From Candidatus Poseidoniaceae archaeon (GTDB lineage Archaea > Thermoplasmatota > Poseidoniia > Poseidoniales > Poseidoniaceae), in assembly GCA_949373235.1 (NCBI GenBank), contig CASICQ010000006.1, forward strand, positions 4,358 to 68,357: 64,000 bases of DNA. Reading direction: 5' to 3'. Every line of letters begins with the position of its first letter. Position 1 is the stretch's first letter. Of this stretch, positions 44,276 to 55,126 are shown in pieces. The translations under genes were made by a program, and so were the position numbers. The notes beneath the pieces are model-generated. The model worked only from the letters and a program-made list of their open reading frames with translations. It was not told the DNA's origin and did no database searches.

Positions 44276-46159
44276 TCACTCCAAGAAAATATCTTCTTGA
44301 TAACCCGTGATTTCTTCACCAGAACCATCTTCTTTGATGGTCACGGTGCCTTCATCATCGTCAAATTCTATGATTTTACCATAGACTTCTTCATCCTCAA
44401 GGGCTAAACCAATGTGGGATCCGATGTCGATTTCTTCGTCCGGTTCGTCTTCAGATTTTTCCTCTGAATCGTCATCTTCCCCAAGTTCATGTTCCTCAAA
44501 GGTATCTTCCAAAACCTCATCCATTTCTTCTTCAAGGGAATCATCTTCTTCCGATTCTTCGTCCTTATCTGCAGCGTCATCGTCCGAGGAGACCTCTTCT
44601 GCAGCGTCATCGTCCGAGGAGACCTCTTCTGAAGCGTCGGATTGATCGTCTAAAACTTCCTTCATAGCACGGGAACGCGCTCTCCACGTAGCCATGAGAA
44701 CCAAGTGCGCATACAGGCTACCAACGAGTGCTCCTGCGCCAAGAATCATGAATAGGATGCCATCCCAATAGAATCCTGCGGGCATGGACGAGGCATCACC
44801 TGCGAACGGGGTGAGTGAGTTTTTACAATCACCGACTTGATATTCGGGGTCACAGGCGTAAATATCACCGTTCACCAAATCATCTTGATGGATGAGGTTG
44901 CCCTTGATTTCGAGTTCCACTGTCCCTCCGGTCCCGTCAACAGAGAGTGGTCCGATTCCGCCAAATGCATTGAGCACCAAAAGGGCGATGAAAAGGCCAA
45001 ACGCCAAGTGCATTAGGGGCCAAACAATATCGTTCCACTGCTTGCCCATCATGCTTTTTTGCAGGTTTGTTGGGAATGGTTTTTCCGTTTTTTGCCCCGA
45101 TTCTTCTTCCATCAGTTCGTCAGCATCATCAAGTGCTTCTAGAGCGATAATAAATTCAAACATGTCAATTCTTCGATTTCCATCTCCGTCAACATCGATG
45201 AGGAAGTCTTCAATCTCCTCATAAGTTACTTCATCGTCCAGCAATGTTGTCAATGCATTTGTCAGTTCGGTAACGTCTGCGCCACCGTCTGCATCGCGGT
45301 CGAGTTTGGAAAAGAAATAATTTGGGGAAGTGCCTTCATCGTCCATAGCATCTGCAATTCTACGGATCAAGGGTATGCTTTCAGACACATCTTCGATTTC
45401 ATCGCTATGTTCGTGATCGTCCTCTGTCCCCTCTTCATCATCATCTTCTGATTCATCTTCATCGGATTGTTCGGAAGAATCCTCTTCGATGGGTTCGGTG
45501 CTTTCTTCATCAGCCTCTTCCGATTCTACTTCAGTAGACTCTATTTCGGAGGGTTCATCATCGACCTCTTCGGTGTCATCTTCTTCGTGTTCTGTGTCAG
45601 CTTCCTCTTGAGTTTCTGTAGGTTCATCATCCGTTTCTTCTACGGATTCTTCTTCTTCGGCGTCAGATGACAACGTTTCCAGTTCGCTTGGAGGGAGTTC
45701 TTCGCCAGTAATGGTTGCGTGTAATTCCCCAAGATCCAGGCGTCCATCTCCGTCCGAATCGATGGTCTCAATCAGCCGCTCGACTTGCGACGGTGGGAGA
45801 TCGGCGAGGTTTAAACTCAGCAAGCCAGTTTTCAGTTCGCTGGAATCAATTTGCCCGTCTCCATCGGTGTCGAACTTCTTGAACAGCATCGGAATTGTAA
45901 TTCCAGTTGTGGCAAGCCAATTCCTCAACACATCGACGACATCATCTGCAATGAATACAGTCCCACAGTGGGTGCACTTGGTGGAATCTAACGGGACGAG
46001 GCCATGGCAAGCGCCACATTCGCCCAGTGCCTCATCAGAAACGCCGGAAAAAGAGATATTACACTCGGGGCATGCTTCAGAATCGATTGGAATAACGGCT
46101 CGACAAGCACCACATTCGCCTGTGGCAACTTCATCAGTCTTGTCTTCAGTCATAGGCAC
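44276..46159 (-). CDS. double zinc-ribbon, 4x EF-hand, two-TM hyper-acidic membrane protein
   Basis: 627 aa. N-terminal CGACRAV...CPEC...CGACHGL...CTHCG (two C4 ribbons). Canonical EF-hand loops DTDGDGQIDSSEL, DSDGDGRLDLGEL, DRDADGGADVTEL and DVDGDGNRRIDMFEF. A long D/E-rich segment, two hydrophobic helices and an acidic repeat tail EEVSSDDDAA x2. Confidence 0.55.
   Translation of the reverse strand: MPMTEDKTDEVATGECGACRAVIPIDSEACPECNISFSGVSDEALGECGACHGLVPLDSTKCTHCGTVFIADDVVDVLRNWLATTGITIPMLFKKFDTDGDGQIDSSELKTGLLSLNLADLPPSQVERLIETIDSDGDGRLDLGELHATITGEELPPSELETLSSDAEEEESVEETDDEPTETQEEADTEHEEDDTEEVDDEPSEIESTEVESEEADEESTEPIEEDSSEQSDEDESEDDDEEGTEDDHEHSDEIEDVSESIPLIRRIADAMDDEGTSPNYFFSKLDRDADGGADVTELTNALTTLLDDEVTYEEIEDFLIDVDGDGNRRIDMFEFIIALEALDDADELMEEESGQKTEKPFPTNLQKSMMGKQWNDIVWPLMHLAFGLFIALLVLNAFGGIGPLSVDGTGGTVELEIKGNLIHQDDLVNGDIYACDPEYQVGDCKNSLTPFAGDASSMPAGFYWDGILFMILGAGALVGSLYAHLVLMATWRARSRAMKEVLDDQSDASEEVSSDDDAAEEVSSDDDAADKDEESEEDDSLEEEMDEVLEDTFEEHELGEDDDSEEKSEDEPDEEIDIGSHIGLALEDEEVYGKIIEFDDDEGTVTIKEDGSGEEITGYQEDIFLE
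44571..44638. repeat. perfect 30-nt tandem repeat x2 plus partial third copy
   Basis: gcagcgtcatcgtccgaggagacctcttct at 44571 and 44601, then gaagcgtc. Lies inside the EF-hand gene. Confidence 0.8.
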
Positions 46160-46224
46160 ACCTATCTAACCGATGACAACAACGGATATAATGATTCATA
46201 GTCTTTCAACGGTTACCCGTACCA

Positions 46225-47115
46225 ATGGAGCAGTTGGCAGAGGCGTTCAACGGGAGTGATTCGGTCACCAAAGGTCAGCTTTTCAGCTGTGAAATGGATG
46301 CTGGAAAATCCCTTTTCGAGTGGGTTGACCACCTAGGCCAAACCAGCAATGAGCACATCGTATTCGTGTCGAGGTTACCACACCGCAGGCTCTTGAATCA
46401 AATTGACATCTCTAAAGTAGAAACATATTGGATGACCCATCGAGTTGGGCAAGCTCATGTAGCACCGGATCTTGATGAACTCCACGCGCTCATCCACACA
46501 AGAATCTCAAACCACCATGGTCTTATCGTGGTTGAGGGTCTTGAATGGCTGGTGACCCTCCACGGTGAAACAACAGTGCTCAATTACATTCGAACACTTC
46601 GCGATGATTTGCACCGCACTCAATGGACCCTCATTCTCGCTATTGACCCTCTTGCATTCAATTCGATTTGGCTTGCTCGTTTCAGGAGGGAGGCTCCATT
46701 GATGTCCTACACTCATGAACATCTCGAGCCAATGATGGAACTCGAATCTGAAGTACTTGAAGCCGATTTGGTTGAAACGCTTCCAGTTACGGAAGAAGGA
46801 TTGCCCGCTCTTGTCATGTTGAATCGGCTCCCGAAAAACGGGTTCACAAAGCAAATCCTCCGCAAACGAATTTTGCAGTGGAGGCGGATGGGATTGGATG
46901 TTTCTGAAGTAGAACCTGCACTTTATCTAGGCGATGATGAAGGATTTGAATTGTATGCATCCATCGAGTTGAAGGTGCGAACAGCTGTTGAACTAGAGCG
47001 TCAAATTGATGCTTGCAGCGAGGCGTTGAGCGCAAGTGAACTCACAACTGCTAAATTCCGACTTCGTCAACTCACCGGTTTTGATCAGATCAAGACCCTC
47101 ATCGATGCACTTTAA
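46225..47115 (+). CDS. hypothetical cytoplasmic protein (weak resemblance to archaeal DUF835-type domain)
   Basis: 296 aa. No motif confidently recognised. Its stop overlaps the hutH stop (convergent). Confidence 0.35.
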   Translation: MEQLAEAFNGSDSVTKGQLFSCEMDAGKSLFEWVDHLGQTSNEHIVFVSRLPHRRLLNQIDISKVETYWMTHRVGQAHVAPDLDELHALIHTRISNHHGLIVVEGLEWLVTLHGETTVLNYIRTLRDDLHRTQWTLILAIDPLAFNSIWLARFRREAPLMSYTHEHLEPMMELESEVLEADLVETLPVTEEGLPALVMLNRLPKNGFTKQILRKRILQWRRMGLDVSEVEPALYLGDDEGFELYASIELKVRTAVELERQIDACSEALSASELTTAKFRLRQLTGFDQIKTLIDAL

Positions 47116-48662
47116 CGTGGTATTCGACCAAGTTCCGCTTCAATTCTGGCCAACCATGCCCCATCGTTGAGTTCCTCGGCGATTAAAATTAATTCCTTGC
47201 TTGTGCTTCGATCACCAGTTAGTGGTTGAGCAATCGTCCGTACGCGCTGCTTGAGAGCTGCGACAAATGGAGCCGGTTCAGTGGCTTCGAATTCAAGTGC
47301 TTCACAAGCAACAAATAATTCACAAGCCAACACTTCCGCGAGGCGCTGGGTTGCTTCGAGAAGGTTCCATGCAGCGGTTGCCCCCATGCTCACGTGGTCT
47401 TCTTGACCCGCTGAAGTACTGGTCGAAAAGGCGGCTCGCGGCATAACATGGCCGTGCAGTTCGGCGAGTGAAGCCCCGGCAACATATTGAACGATCATCA
47501 AACCTGATTCAAGTCCTGAATTTTGAGCTAAGAATGCCGGCAATCCACTGCGCGCCGGGTCCAACATTTGGTCAATTCTTCGCTCTGAAATGGAGCCTAA
47601 TTCAAACAATGCTGCGCTCATGGAGTCAGCAGCAAGGGCGATCACTTCGCCATGGAAATTCCCTTGGGAAATCACTTCATGTGGCCCTGGATTCTGTGGA
47701 TCAGGGAAAATCAGAGGGTTGTCTGTAGCGCTGTTGAGTTCAATTTCTAGTGTTTCTACAAGGGCGTGATAGCGTTGCAAGACCGCTCCGTGAACTTGAG
47801 GTGCACAACGAAAAGAGTATGCATCTTGAACCTGGTCGCAATCCGCATGGGATGCGAGAATGGGAGAATCCGCCATGATGGCCCTGATCCGTTCCGCAAC
47901 AAGGCGTTGGCCTGGATGAGGCCGAGCTTGATGGACCCGTTCGTCTGATGGTTTGACGCTTGCTTTTCTTGCTTCCATCGATGTGCACAATATGAGATCT
48001 GCCAATGGCATGAGGGCGCTCAGCCGACGTTCTGCGAGCGTCATGAAGGCCAACATTTGACTCGTCCCATTGATCAGGGAGAGTCCGTCCTTAGCACGTA
48101 ATTTTATGCCAATCATGCCTTTTTCTGTCAAAACTACCTTTGTTGGTACTGCCTGACCTTGTTCTGATAAAACTTCACCTTCCCCAAGCAAAGCAAGAGC
48201 CATGTGGGATAGGGGTGCGAGATCACCGCTTGCACCTAAACTGCCAATTCGGGGCACGTAGGGGATGATGTCGTGATTTAAGAATGAAACAAGTTGCTCT
48301 AGAACTTCAGGGTGAACACCGGAATGACCCTTCACGAGGGAGTTGATTCGGACGACCATCATTGCTCGGACCGAGGCTCGAGTCATTGGTTCTCCTAAGC
48401 CAGTTGCGTGTGAGCGAATCAGATTTGTCTGTAGCGTAGCCAAATCGTCAGGGGAGATGCGTTGATGGACAAGAGCGCCAAATCCCGTGTTAATTCCGTA
48501 CACGGTTTCACCTCGCGCAAGGATGCCATCAACAACATCTCGTGCAATATTGACCCTCTGCCACGCAGCATCAGAAATGCTCACATCGGCATGGTTGGTG
48601 GCGACCCGTTCAACTTCTGCGGGTGTGAGTGTTGCTCCATCGAGTTGAACTGTCTGTCTCAT
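47112..48662 (-). CDS. hutH: histidine ammonia-lyase
   Basis: 516 aa. GSLGASGDLAPLSHMA contains the ASG MIO-forming triad of the HAL/PAL family. Confidence 0.9.
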   Translation of the reverse strand: MRQTVQLDGATLTPAEVERVATNHADVSISDAAWQRVNIARDVVDGILARGETVYGINTGFGALVHQRISPDDLATLQTNLIRSHATGLGEPMTRASVRAMMVVRINSLVKGHSGVHPEVLEQLVSFLNHDIIPYVPRIGSLGASGDLAPLSHMALALLGEGEVLSEQGQAVPTKVVLTEKGMIGIKLRAKDGLSLINGTSQMLAFMTLAERRLSALMPLADLILCTSMEARKASVKPSDERVHQARPHPGQRLVAERIRAIMADSPILASHADCDQVQDAYSFRCAPQVHGAVLQRYHALVETLEIELNSATDNPLIFPDPQNPGPHEVISQGNFHGEVIALAADSMSAALFELGSISERRIDQMLDPARSGLPAFLAQNSGLESGLMIVQYVAGASLAELHGHVMPRAAFSTSTSAGQEDHVSMGATAAWNLLEATQRLAEVLACELFVACEALEFEATEPAPFVAALKQRVRTIAQPLTGDRSTSKELILIAEELNDGAWLARIEAELGRIPR

Positions 48663-50698
48663 TGTTTACCCGCTCCTTTGAATGTTTGATCAATCAAATC
48701 ATCGCTTGCATGATGAGGGAGTGTAACATGCAACCGATCGTTCGCCTGCATGGCTCTTTTGATTGCAAAATCAGCGCCATCATTGCGCGCCCATGCTCGG
48801 CGGGCAACACCGTTGTTGACATCCCAGTGCAACATCGACTGGAGTTTTTCTTCACATGCTGGAGTCCCGTCCAAAAGCATTCCAAAACCACCGTTGATGA
48901 CCTGCCCCCATCCAACGCCGCCTCCGTTGTGAAGGCTAACCCATGTTGCTCCTCGAAACGCATCACCGACGAAGTTCTGAACCGCCATATCGGCTGTCCA
49001 CATGGAACCATCTCGAATGTTTGCGGTTTCTCTGTATGGGCTGTCGGTGCCTGATACATCATGGTGGTCGCGTCCAAGAACAATTGGTCCTGACAACTCA
49101 CCGCTGGCTATGGCGCTGTTCATGGCTGAGGCTATGCGGCGGCGTCCTTCATCATCTGCATAGAGAATTCTCGCTTGGGATCCTACAACCATGTTGTTTT
49201 GGCCAGCCTCTGTAATCCATCGAATGTTGTCCTTCATTTGTTGTGTTATTTCGGTGGGTGCTGTGTCCAACATCTCCTCTAACACTTCCTTTGCAATCCT
49301 ATCGGTGATCTCTAAATCTTTAGGATCGCCTGAGCAGCAGACCCAGCGATAAGGTCCGAATCCATAGTCGAAGCACATTGGTCCCATGATGTCTTCAACA
49401 TAACTTGGGTACCGGAATGATCCGTCGTCATTCAACACATCTGCGCCAGCCCGGCTTGCTTCGAGGAGGAACGCATTGCCATAATCCCAGAAGTACATTC
49501 CATTGTTCGACATGGCGTTGACTGCTTCAGCATGCCGAATCAATGTCTTACGAACTTCTTCCGCAAAGACCGCTGGGTTATCAGACAGCATGGCAGCCGC
49601 CTCGTCGTATGGAATCCCGACCGGGAAATAACCACCTTGGAAGGGGTTGTGAAGGCTGGTTTGGTCGGAACCGAGGTCCACGTTGATGTTGCGCTCGACT
49701 AAACGCTCCCACAATTCCACGATGTTGCCAATAAGACCGATTGATTTTGCTTCTTTATTGTCAGCTGCCTCGACCATCCTGTCGATGGCCACATCGATCT
49801 CATCTGTTACCTCTGTTAACCAACCTTGTTCATGGCGCTTGTAAGCGGCATGGGCGTTTGATTCTGCCACAATGCATGAGGCGCCGGCAATGACTGCGGC
49901 TTTTGCTTGGGCACCAGACATGCCTCCAAGACCAGAGGTTACGAATGTCACCCCACCGAGGCCCGCGTCCCCAGCGAGGCCTAAATGGGCCCTTGCGGCG
50001 TTCAAGAGTGTGATGGTTGTCCCGTGAACAATACCTTGAGGGCCAATGTACATGTAAGAGCCTGCGGTCATTTGCCCGTATTGCGTGACACCCATTGCGT
50101 TGAGGCGTTCGTAGTTGTCAGGCGTTGATTCGCTTGGAATCATCATGCCGTTTGTGACAACAACCCGTGGAGCGTGCGCATTCGATGGGAACAAACCCAT
50201 GGGGTGGCCCGAATACATCACCAACGTTTGCTCGTCATCCATTTGCGAAAGGTATTGCATGCACAACCTGTATTGCGCCCAATTTTGAAACACACTTCCG
50301 TTGCCACCGTAGGTGATTAATTCGTGTGGGAACTGAGCAACGGCTGGATCCAGGTTGTTTTGAATCATCAACATAATCGATGCGGCGTGCATTGAGCGGG
50401 CAGGATATGCGTCGATTGGATGCGCCTTCATTTCGTATTCTGTGGGCCGGAACCGCCACATGACAATCCGGCCAAACGTGTTGAGTTCTTCCGCAAATTC
50501 TGGAGCTAAGATTTCATGGTGTGCGTCATCAAAGTATCTTAGTGCGTTGCGAAGGGCCAGTTTCTTTTCCTTTCTTGTTAGAATTTGACGACGGTGAGGT
50601 GCATGATCGACGTTTGGATCTAAACCGGGATGAACTGGCAATTCCTGGGGAATGCCCTCTGCAATATGGGCCCTCAAACCGCGGAATCCATCGCCCAT
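48659..50698 (-). CDS. hutU: urocanate hydratase
   Basis: 679 aa. The GSYMYIGPQG and NAD-binding glycine-rich regions match urocanase. 4-nt overlap with hutH. Confidence 0.9.
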   Translation of the reverse strand: MGDGFRGLRAHIAEGIPQELPVHPGLDPNVDHAPHRRQILTRKEKKLALRNALRYFDDAHHEILAPEFAEELNTFGRIVMWRFRPTEYEMKAHPIDAYPARSMHAASIMLMIQNNLDPAVAQFPHELITYGGNGSVFQNWAQYRLCMQYLSQMDDEQTLVMYSGHPMGLFPSNAHAPRVVVTNGMMIPSESTPDNYERLNAMGVTQYGQMTAGSYMYIGPQGIVHGTTITLLNAARAHLGLAGDAGLGGVTFVTSGLGGMSGAQAKAAVIAGASCIVAESNAHAAYKRHEQGWLTEVTDEIDVAIDRMVEAADNKEAKSIGLIGNIVELWERLVERNINVDLGSDQTSLHNPFQGGYFPVGIPYDEAAAMLSDNPAVFAEEVRKTLIRHAEAVNAMSNNGMYFWDYGNAFLLEASRAGADVLNDDGSFRYPSYVEDIMGPMCFDYGFGPYRWVCCSGDPKDLEITDRIAKEVLEEMLDTAPTEITQQMKDNIRWITEAGQNNMVVGSQARILYADDEGRRRIASAMNSAIASGELSGPIVLGRDHHDVSGTDSPYRETANIRDGSMWTADMAVQNFVGDAFRGATWVSLHNGGGVGWGQVINGGFGMLLDGTPACEEKLQSMLHWDVNNGVARRAWARNDGADFAIKRAMQANDRLHVTLPHHASDDLIDQTFKGAGKQ

Positions 50699-50753
50699 GC
50701 CGCAACCAAACAGAACCCATCCTTGAGCGTTCGTATTGAGGGGTGTCTTGTCC

Positions 50754-51995
50754 TCATGCTCGGTTGGGTTCAGCGCGCCACATAGAGAAAAATGCTCCAG
50801 AGACCATCATAATCACTGAAAAAATCAAGAAACCATTCCGCAGTGTAAAGAACTCCTGTTCGAGAAGGTAGCCAGCAGCGGCGCTGGAGATGGAAAAGGC
50901 AATCGACATGAGCAACATATCCATGGAGAACACTCGTCCTCTCACCTCATCCTCGACCCATTGTTGTGTCAGAATGGTTGAAAGGACCCAATTGGCACCT
51001 GATGCTGAATGTGCCAGCATTACCAACGCCATGGTGAGGTATAATGAATAATCGAGTGTAAGGCCTACAAGGAAGTAAAACGCCCCTGAAACCATGACCA
51101 ATATCCCCACTAGTGTGGGCCACCGTTCTTCATTGGTGAGGAATTTTCTTGCTGCAATTGGCCCAAGCCCGGTCCCTACACCTCTTGCGAAGAAGAAGAT
51201 TCCAAACCCTAGGGCCATTCCAAATCCGTCGACATCCGATCCTGCAACCACCAAGAATACACCAGCCAATCCTCCCCCTGCGATGTTCCATGAAGACTTA
51301 GCAAAGACGATCCGTTGGAGGCGCTTTTCTCCAGCAATACGCGCCCAACCGTTTCTGATGTTGGATATTGCAGTGGAAAAAAGAGGACCTTTCATGCTTT
51401 CATCTATCTTTTGTGGAATGGTCAATTTGCGCAGTAAAAAGGCACTGAAGGCAAAAGTCACAGCATCGATGATGAATGCAGCGTTCGTACCGTAAAACTC
51501 CACTACGATACCACCCATCATGGCGCCAATGCACAATGCGGTGGACCAGCTTGCTGCATCAAGTGCGTTGGCAGTCGCCAGATGTTCAGGCGGAACGATG
51601 TTTGGTAGAGCGGCACGTTCTGCGGTCACGTACATGCCGTGGAGGATCATCATCAAACCGGTAAGAATGTAAATCCAAACGATGTCCTCTGGGCCATCAA
51701 TCAACAAAAAGCAGAGTGCTAATGCGACTTGAATGAGGTTTGTCCACACCATGATAATCTTGCGATTGAAACGATCGGCAAGCAGACCTCCGAACGGCTG
51801 AAATGCAGCAAAACAAAGCATGCGCATGGTAAACAACAATCCGAGAAGAAATTCCGAATCTGTGTATTCGAAGATGATCAAGAACAGAGCAATGGTGTTG
51901 AACCATTCACCCAACATCGAGATGACAGATGCCGACCAAAGACGCCTGAATGCGTGGTTGGTTCGAATCAATTCGAGGTAACCGATTTGCTTCAT
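50754..51995 (-). CDS. MFS transporter
   Basis: 413 aa with 12 predicted TM helices and a GxLaDRxGRK-like motif (GLLADRFNRK) in loop 2-3. Confidence 0.7.
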   Translation of the reverse strand: MKQIGYLELIRTNHAFRRLWSASVISMLGEWFNTIALFLIIFEYTDSEFLLGLLFTMRMLCFAAFQPFGGLLADRFNRKIIMVWTNLIQVALALCFLLIDGPEDIVWIYILTGLMMILHGMYVTAERAALPNIVPPEHLATANALDAASWSTALCIGAMMGGIVVEFYGTNAAFIIDAVTFAFSAFLLRKLTIPQKIDESMKGPLFSTAISNIRNGWARIAGEKRLQRIVFAKSSWNIAGGGLAGVFLVVAGSDVDGFGMALGFGIFFFARGVGTGLGPIAARKFLTNEERWPTLVGILVMVSGAFYFLVGLTLDYSLYLTMALVMLAHSASGANWVLSTILTQQWVEDEVRGRVFSMDMLLMSIAFSISSAAAGYLLEQEFFTLRNGFLIFSVIMMVSGAFFSMWRAEPNRA

Positions 51996-54307
51996 TCTTC
52001 CTCATGCACCCTGTTGGTTGTGAGGTTGTCATCAATTGAGACAATGATCCATTTTGAAGTTGGCGTATTGGAACCGGCCGCAGTGGAATCGAGTGGCACG
52101 AGCGTGTTTGATTCTGGGAAGTAGGTGGCTATGTTTCCGCTCGGAATATCATAAGCAACCAACTGCCAATGAGCGGATTTTCGTTCAACGCCATCAAAGT
52201 GGCTTGTAAGTTGAACTTCTTGTCGGTTTTTCCATCCCCTTTTGGCCATGTCTGTTGCGTTCATGAGGACGACTCTGCGGTTGCCGTGAATGCCACGGTA
52301 TCGATCGTGCACATCATAGATGGTTGTGTTGTACTGATCGTGAGAACGCATGGTCATCATGACGTAGCAATCATCGGGTACAGACACGTCAGGAAGGGCG
52401 TGAGCAGTAAAGTGTGCAAAACCATCATCGGTGGCGAATGATCGAGTATCGCGTGGCGGGTTCGGGAGTGCGAAACCGTTCGGTTCTCGAACGCGTTCGT
52501 TATACCGTTCAAACCCTGCAAGGCTTTCAGCCATGAGGTCACGAATCCCATCGTAATGATTCACGAGGTTCATCCAATCGAGTTTTGCATCTTTCAGTGA
52601 TGCGGTTGCTAAATGGGCGACAATGGCGGGTTCGCTCATCAGATCAGGGGATGCGGGTTTCAAACCGCCCGTCGATTTGTGGACGATGCCCATGGAATTT
52701 TCAACGGTGACAAATTGTTCACCATCGGCTTGTTGATCAATTTCAGTGCGACCAAGGCAAGGAAGGATGATGGCTGTTTTTCCAGTGATCAGGTGGGAAC
52801 GGTTCAATTTTGTAGAAACTTGTACCGTTAAGTCGATTTTCCTAAGACCTTTCGCAGTTTGGTGTGTATCGGGTGTGGCGGATAGGAAGTTCCCTCCCAT
52901 GCAGAAGAACACGCTCACTTTCCCTTTATTCATGGCACGAATTGCGTTGACAACATCGTAACCGTGCTTTCGTGGCATCGGGAATCCAAGGCCCTTTTCC
53001 ATTCGGTCAAGGAAGGCATCGGATGGTGCTTCCCATATACCGACCGTCCGGTCACCTTGAACGTTTGAATGCCCTCTTACTGGGCAGAAACCGGCACCTG
53101 GTTTACCTACATGGCCGCCCATGAGCAAGAGGTTGACGACTTCCTGAATCACTGCGACGCCGTTTGGTTGTTGCGTGAGGCCCATTGCCCAACACGCGAT
53201 TGTTGCGTTTGAAGATGCGAGCAAGGCACCAACCGATTCAATCACCTCTCGGTCCAAGCCTGTGTCTCGAACAATCTCCTTCCATGAAGTTGCGATTGCT
53301 TGTTGGCACATCGCCTCATAGCCTCGTGTGGAATTTTTGATGAAACTTGCATCTGTTTGACCCTTCTGGATGTGAGTTTTGATGAATCCCTTCATCAGAG
53401 CTGCGTCCCCTCCAATTTTCACTTGCAGATGGTGATCTGATAATTTCGTAGTTTTGAAGTCTAACTTCATGTAATCTTGAGGGTGTTTGAATCGTTCAAG
53501 TCCCGCTTCGGGTAGAGGATTGATGTGTATGATTTGGGCACCGTTATGCTTTGCATCGCGCAGGGCCGTAAGCATCCGTGGGTGATTTGTACCAGGGTTT
53601 TGACCAATAACCAAGATGACTTCTGCTTCATTGAAATCTTCCAATGTCACCGTTCCTTTGCCAATGCCAATGGTTTCACCCAAGCCCTTTCCGCTCGATT
53701 CGTGACACATGTTAGAACAATCAGGCATGTTGTTGGTGCCAAGGGCTCGAACATAGGCTTGGTAGAGGAAGGCGGCTTCGTTTGATGTGCGTCCCGATGT
53801 GTAAAACACCGCTTGTTCGGGACGGTCAAGGTTGGAGATGGTTGAGCCAATGTGGTTGAACGCGTCCTTCCAAGAAATTGTGGTGTAATGCGTCGCACCG
53901 GTTTTCAAAATCATTGGATGGGCAATTCGGCCTTGTTTATTCAGCCAGTGATCGCTTTTCCCAGTGAGTTCCTTCACGCTGTATTTTTGGAAAAATTGAG
54001 GGTTAACCTTTGCTTTCATGGCTTCGTCTGCCACGGCTTTGGCCCCATTCTCGCAAAATTCAAACGACGTTCTGTGCGATGGGTCAGGCCAAGCGCATCC
54101 TGGGCAGTCAAAGCCTGCCTGTTGGTTCACCATGGTCAGGGTTCGAACCGTTTTTAGGAGGCCCATTTTTTTGATTCCATGGCTCATTGAAGACAATGCA
54201 GCTGGAATTCCCGCTGCTGATTTCTTTGGTTTCCCTAGCCTTAGTTTGAGATTATCCTTGGGCGTTTCCGGTGAAAGGTGTTCCTTCATAGACAAGCCCC
54301 AAGCCAA
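51992..54307 (-). CDS. molybdopterin-guanine-dinucleotide oxidoreductase, FdhF-like (YdeP family)
   Basis: 771 aa. N-terminal Cys pair (FDCPGCAWPDP), then molybdopterin oxidoreductase and molydopterin dinucleotide-binding domains. It is adjacent to fdhD and overlaps the MFS gene by 4 nt. Confidence 0.75.
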   Translation of the reverse strand: MAWGLSMKEHLSPETPKDNLKLRLGKPKKSAAGIPAALSSMSHGIKKMGLLKTVRTLTMVNQQAGFDCPGCAWPDPSHRTSFEFCENGAKAVADEAMKAKVNPQFFQKYSVKELTGKSDHWLNKQGRIAHPMILKTGATHYTTISWKDAFNHIGSTISNLDRPEQAVFYTSGRTSNEAAFLYQAYVRALGTNNMPDCSNMCHESSGKGLGETIGIGKGTVTLEDFNEAEVILVIGQNPGTNHPRMLTALRDAKHNGAQIIHINPLPEAGLERFKHPQDYMKLDFKTTKLSDHHLQVKIGGDAALMKGFIKTHIQKGQTDASFIKNSTRGYEAMCQQAIATSWKEIVRDTGLDREVIESVGALLASSNATIACWAMGLTQQPNGVAVIQEVVNLLLMGGHVGKPGAGFCPVRGHSNVQGDRTVGIWEAPSDAFLDRMEKGLGFPMPRKHGYDVVNAIRAMNKGKVSVFFCMGGNFLSATPDTHQTAKGLRKIDLTVQVSTKLNRSHLITGKTAIILPCLGRTEIDQQADGEQFVTVENSMGIVHKSTGGLKPASPDLMSEPAIVAHLATASLKDAKLDWMNLVNHYDGIRDLMAESLAGFERYNERVREPNGFALPNPPRDTRSFATDDGFAHFTAHALPDVSVPDDCYVMMTMRSHDQYNTTIYDVHDRYRGIHGNRRVVLMNATDMAKRGWKNRQEVQLTSHFDGVERKSAHWQLVAYDIPSGNIATYFPESNTLVPLDSTAAGSNTPTSKWIIVSIDDNLTTNRVHEEE

Positions 54308-54325
54308 ACGGGCCGGCTGCAGTTC

Positions 54326-55126
54326 TCAAGGCTTGCCGTTCGGAGAAGCACCAATAGCCCCAATTGCCACACAAGAGCTCGGTTTCACGAAACTAAAAAT
54401 TCTGATTCCCAAAGCCCTTGCCGTTTCGGCAGCCAATGAAGAACAAGCACCCACACACGCAATTGTACCAATGCCAGCGCGGGCGGATTTGGCTACGATA
54501 TCCCAGCCACAGCGCCCCGACAAGAGCAATATGGTTTTGGCTTCGATGGTTCGGTTGACCAGAGCCATACCAACCACCTTGTCCACAGCGTTGTGCCGTC
54601 CAATGTCTTCAGCCACATACGTCAGACCTGTGTTGGGCATCAACAAACCTGCTCCATGCATACCACCTGTGGTTTGGAACCCGACTTGCATTTTTTTCAT
54701 TGCGCTAAAGCCGGCATCTAAAATGATCAAATCCACGGCTCGGTGTTCGCCAAGGTACGTCGGCAGTCCGTTGATTAAATCCTCAAGCCCAGGTGAGTCG
54801 CAAGCTCCACATGATGTTGAAACATAGCGCTCGGCGTTCACCGTCGATGGTGGGTTGGGCAGCGTGTCAGAGCTTAGGACAACATAGCCATGCTCCTTCG
54901 AAGTGGTGGTTGTTAATTTGGCTTGGTTCATTTCCCCATAGCCCTCTGTCGCGCAATGGCCAATAAACAAAGACCGAAGGTTTTCAGGGGTTCCAAGAAG
55001 CGATACAAAGGTTCCATTTGCATCTTGGAGTCGGATGAGGGCCTCATGTGCTAAATCATCAGTTTGGATCGAAGCATCTGTTGTCGTTAACCGCTGAATT
55101 CCAAAAGCCAAAGAAAGATCAGTCAA
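54326..55126 (-). CDS. fdhD: formate dehydrogenase accessory sulfurtransferase FdhD
   Basis: 266 aa. The conserved Cys-containing loop (SGRCGW) and overall similarity match FdhD. Confidence 0.75.
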   Translation of the reverse strand: MTDLSLAFGIQRLTTTDASIQTDDLAHEALIRLQDANGTFVSLLGTPENLRSLFIGHCATEGYGEMNQAKLTTTTSKEHGYVVLSSDTLPNPPSTVNAERYVSTSCGACDSPGLEDLINGLPTYLGEHRAVDLIILDAGFSAMKKMQVGFQTTGGMHGAGLLMPNTGLTYVAEDIGRHNAVDKVVGMALVNRTIEAKTILLLSGRCGWDIVAKSARAGIGTIACVGACSSLAAETARALGIRIFSFVKPSSCVAIGAIGASPNGKP

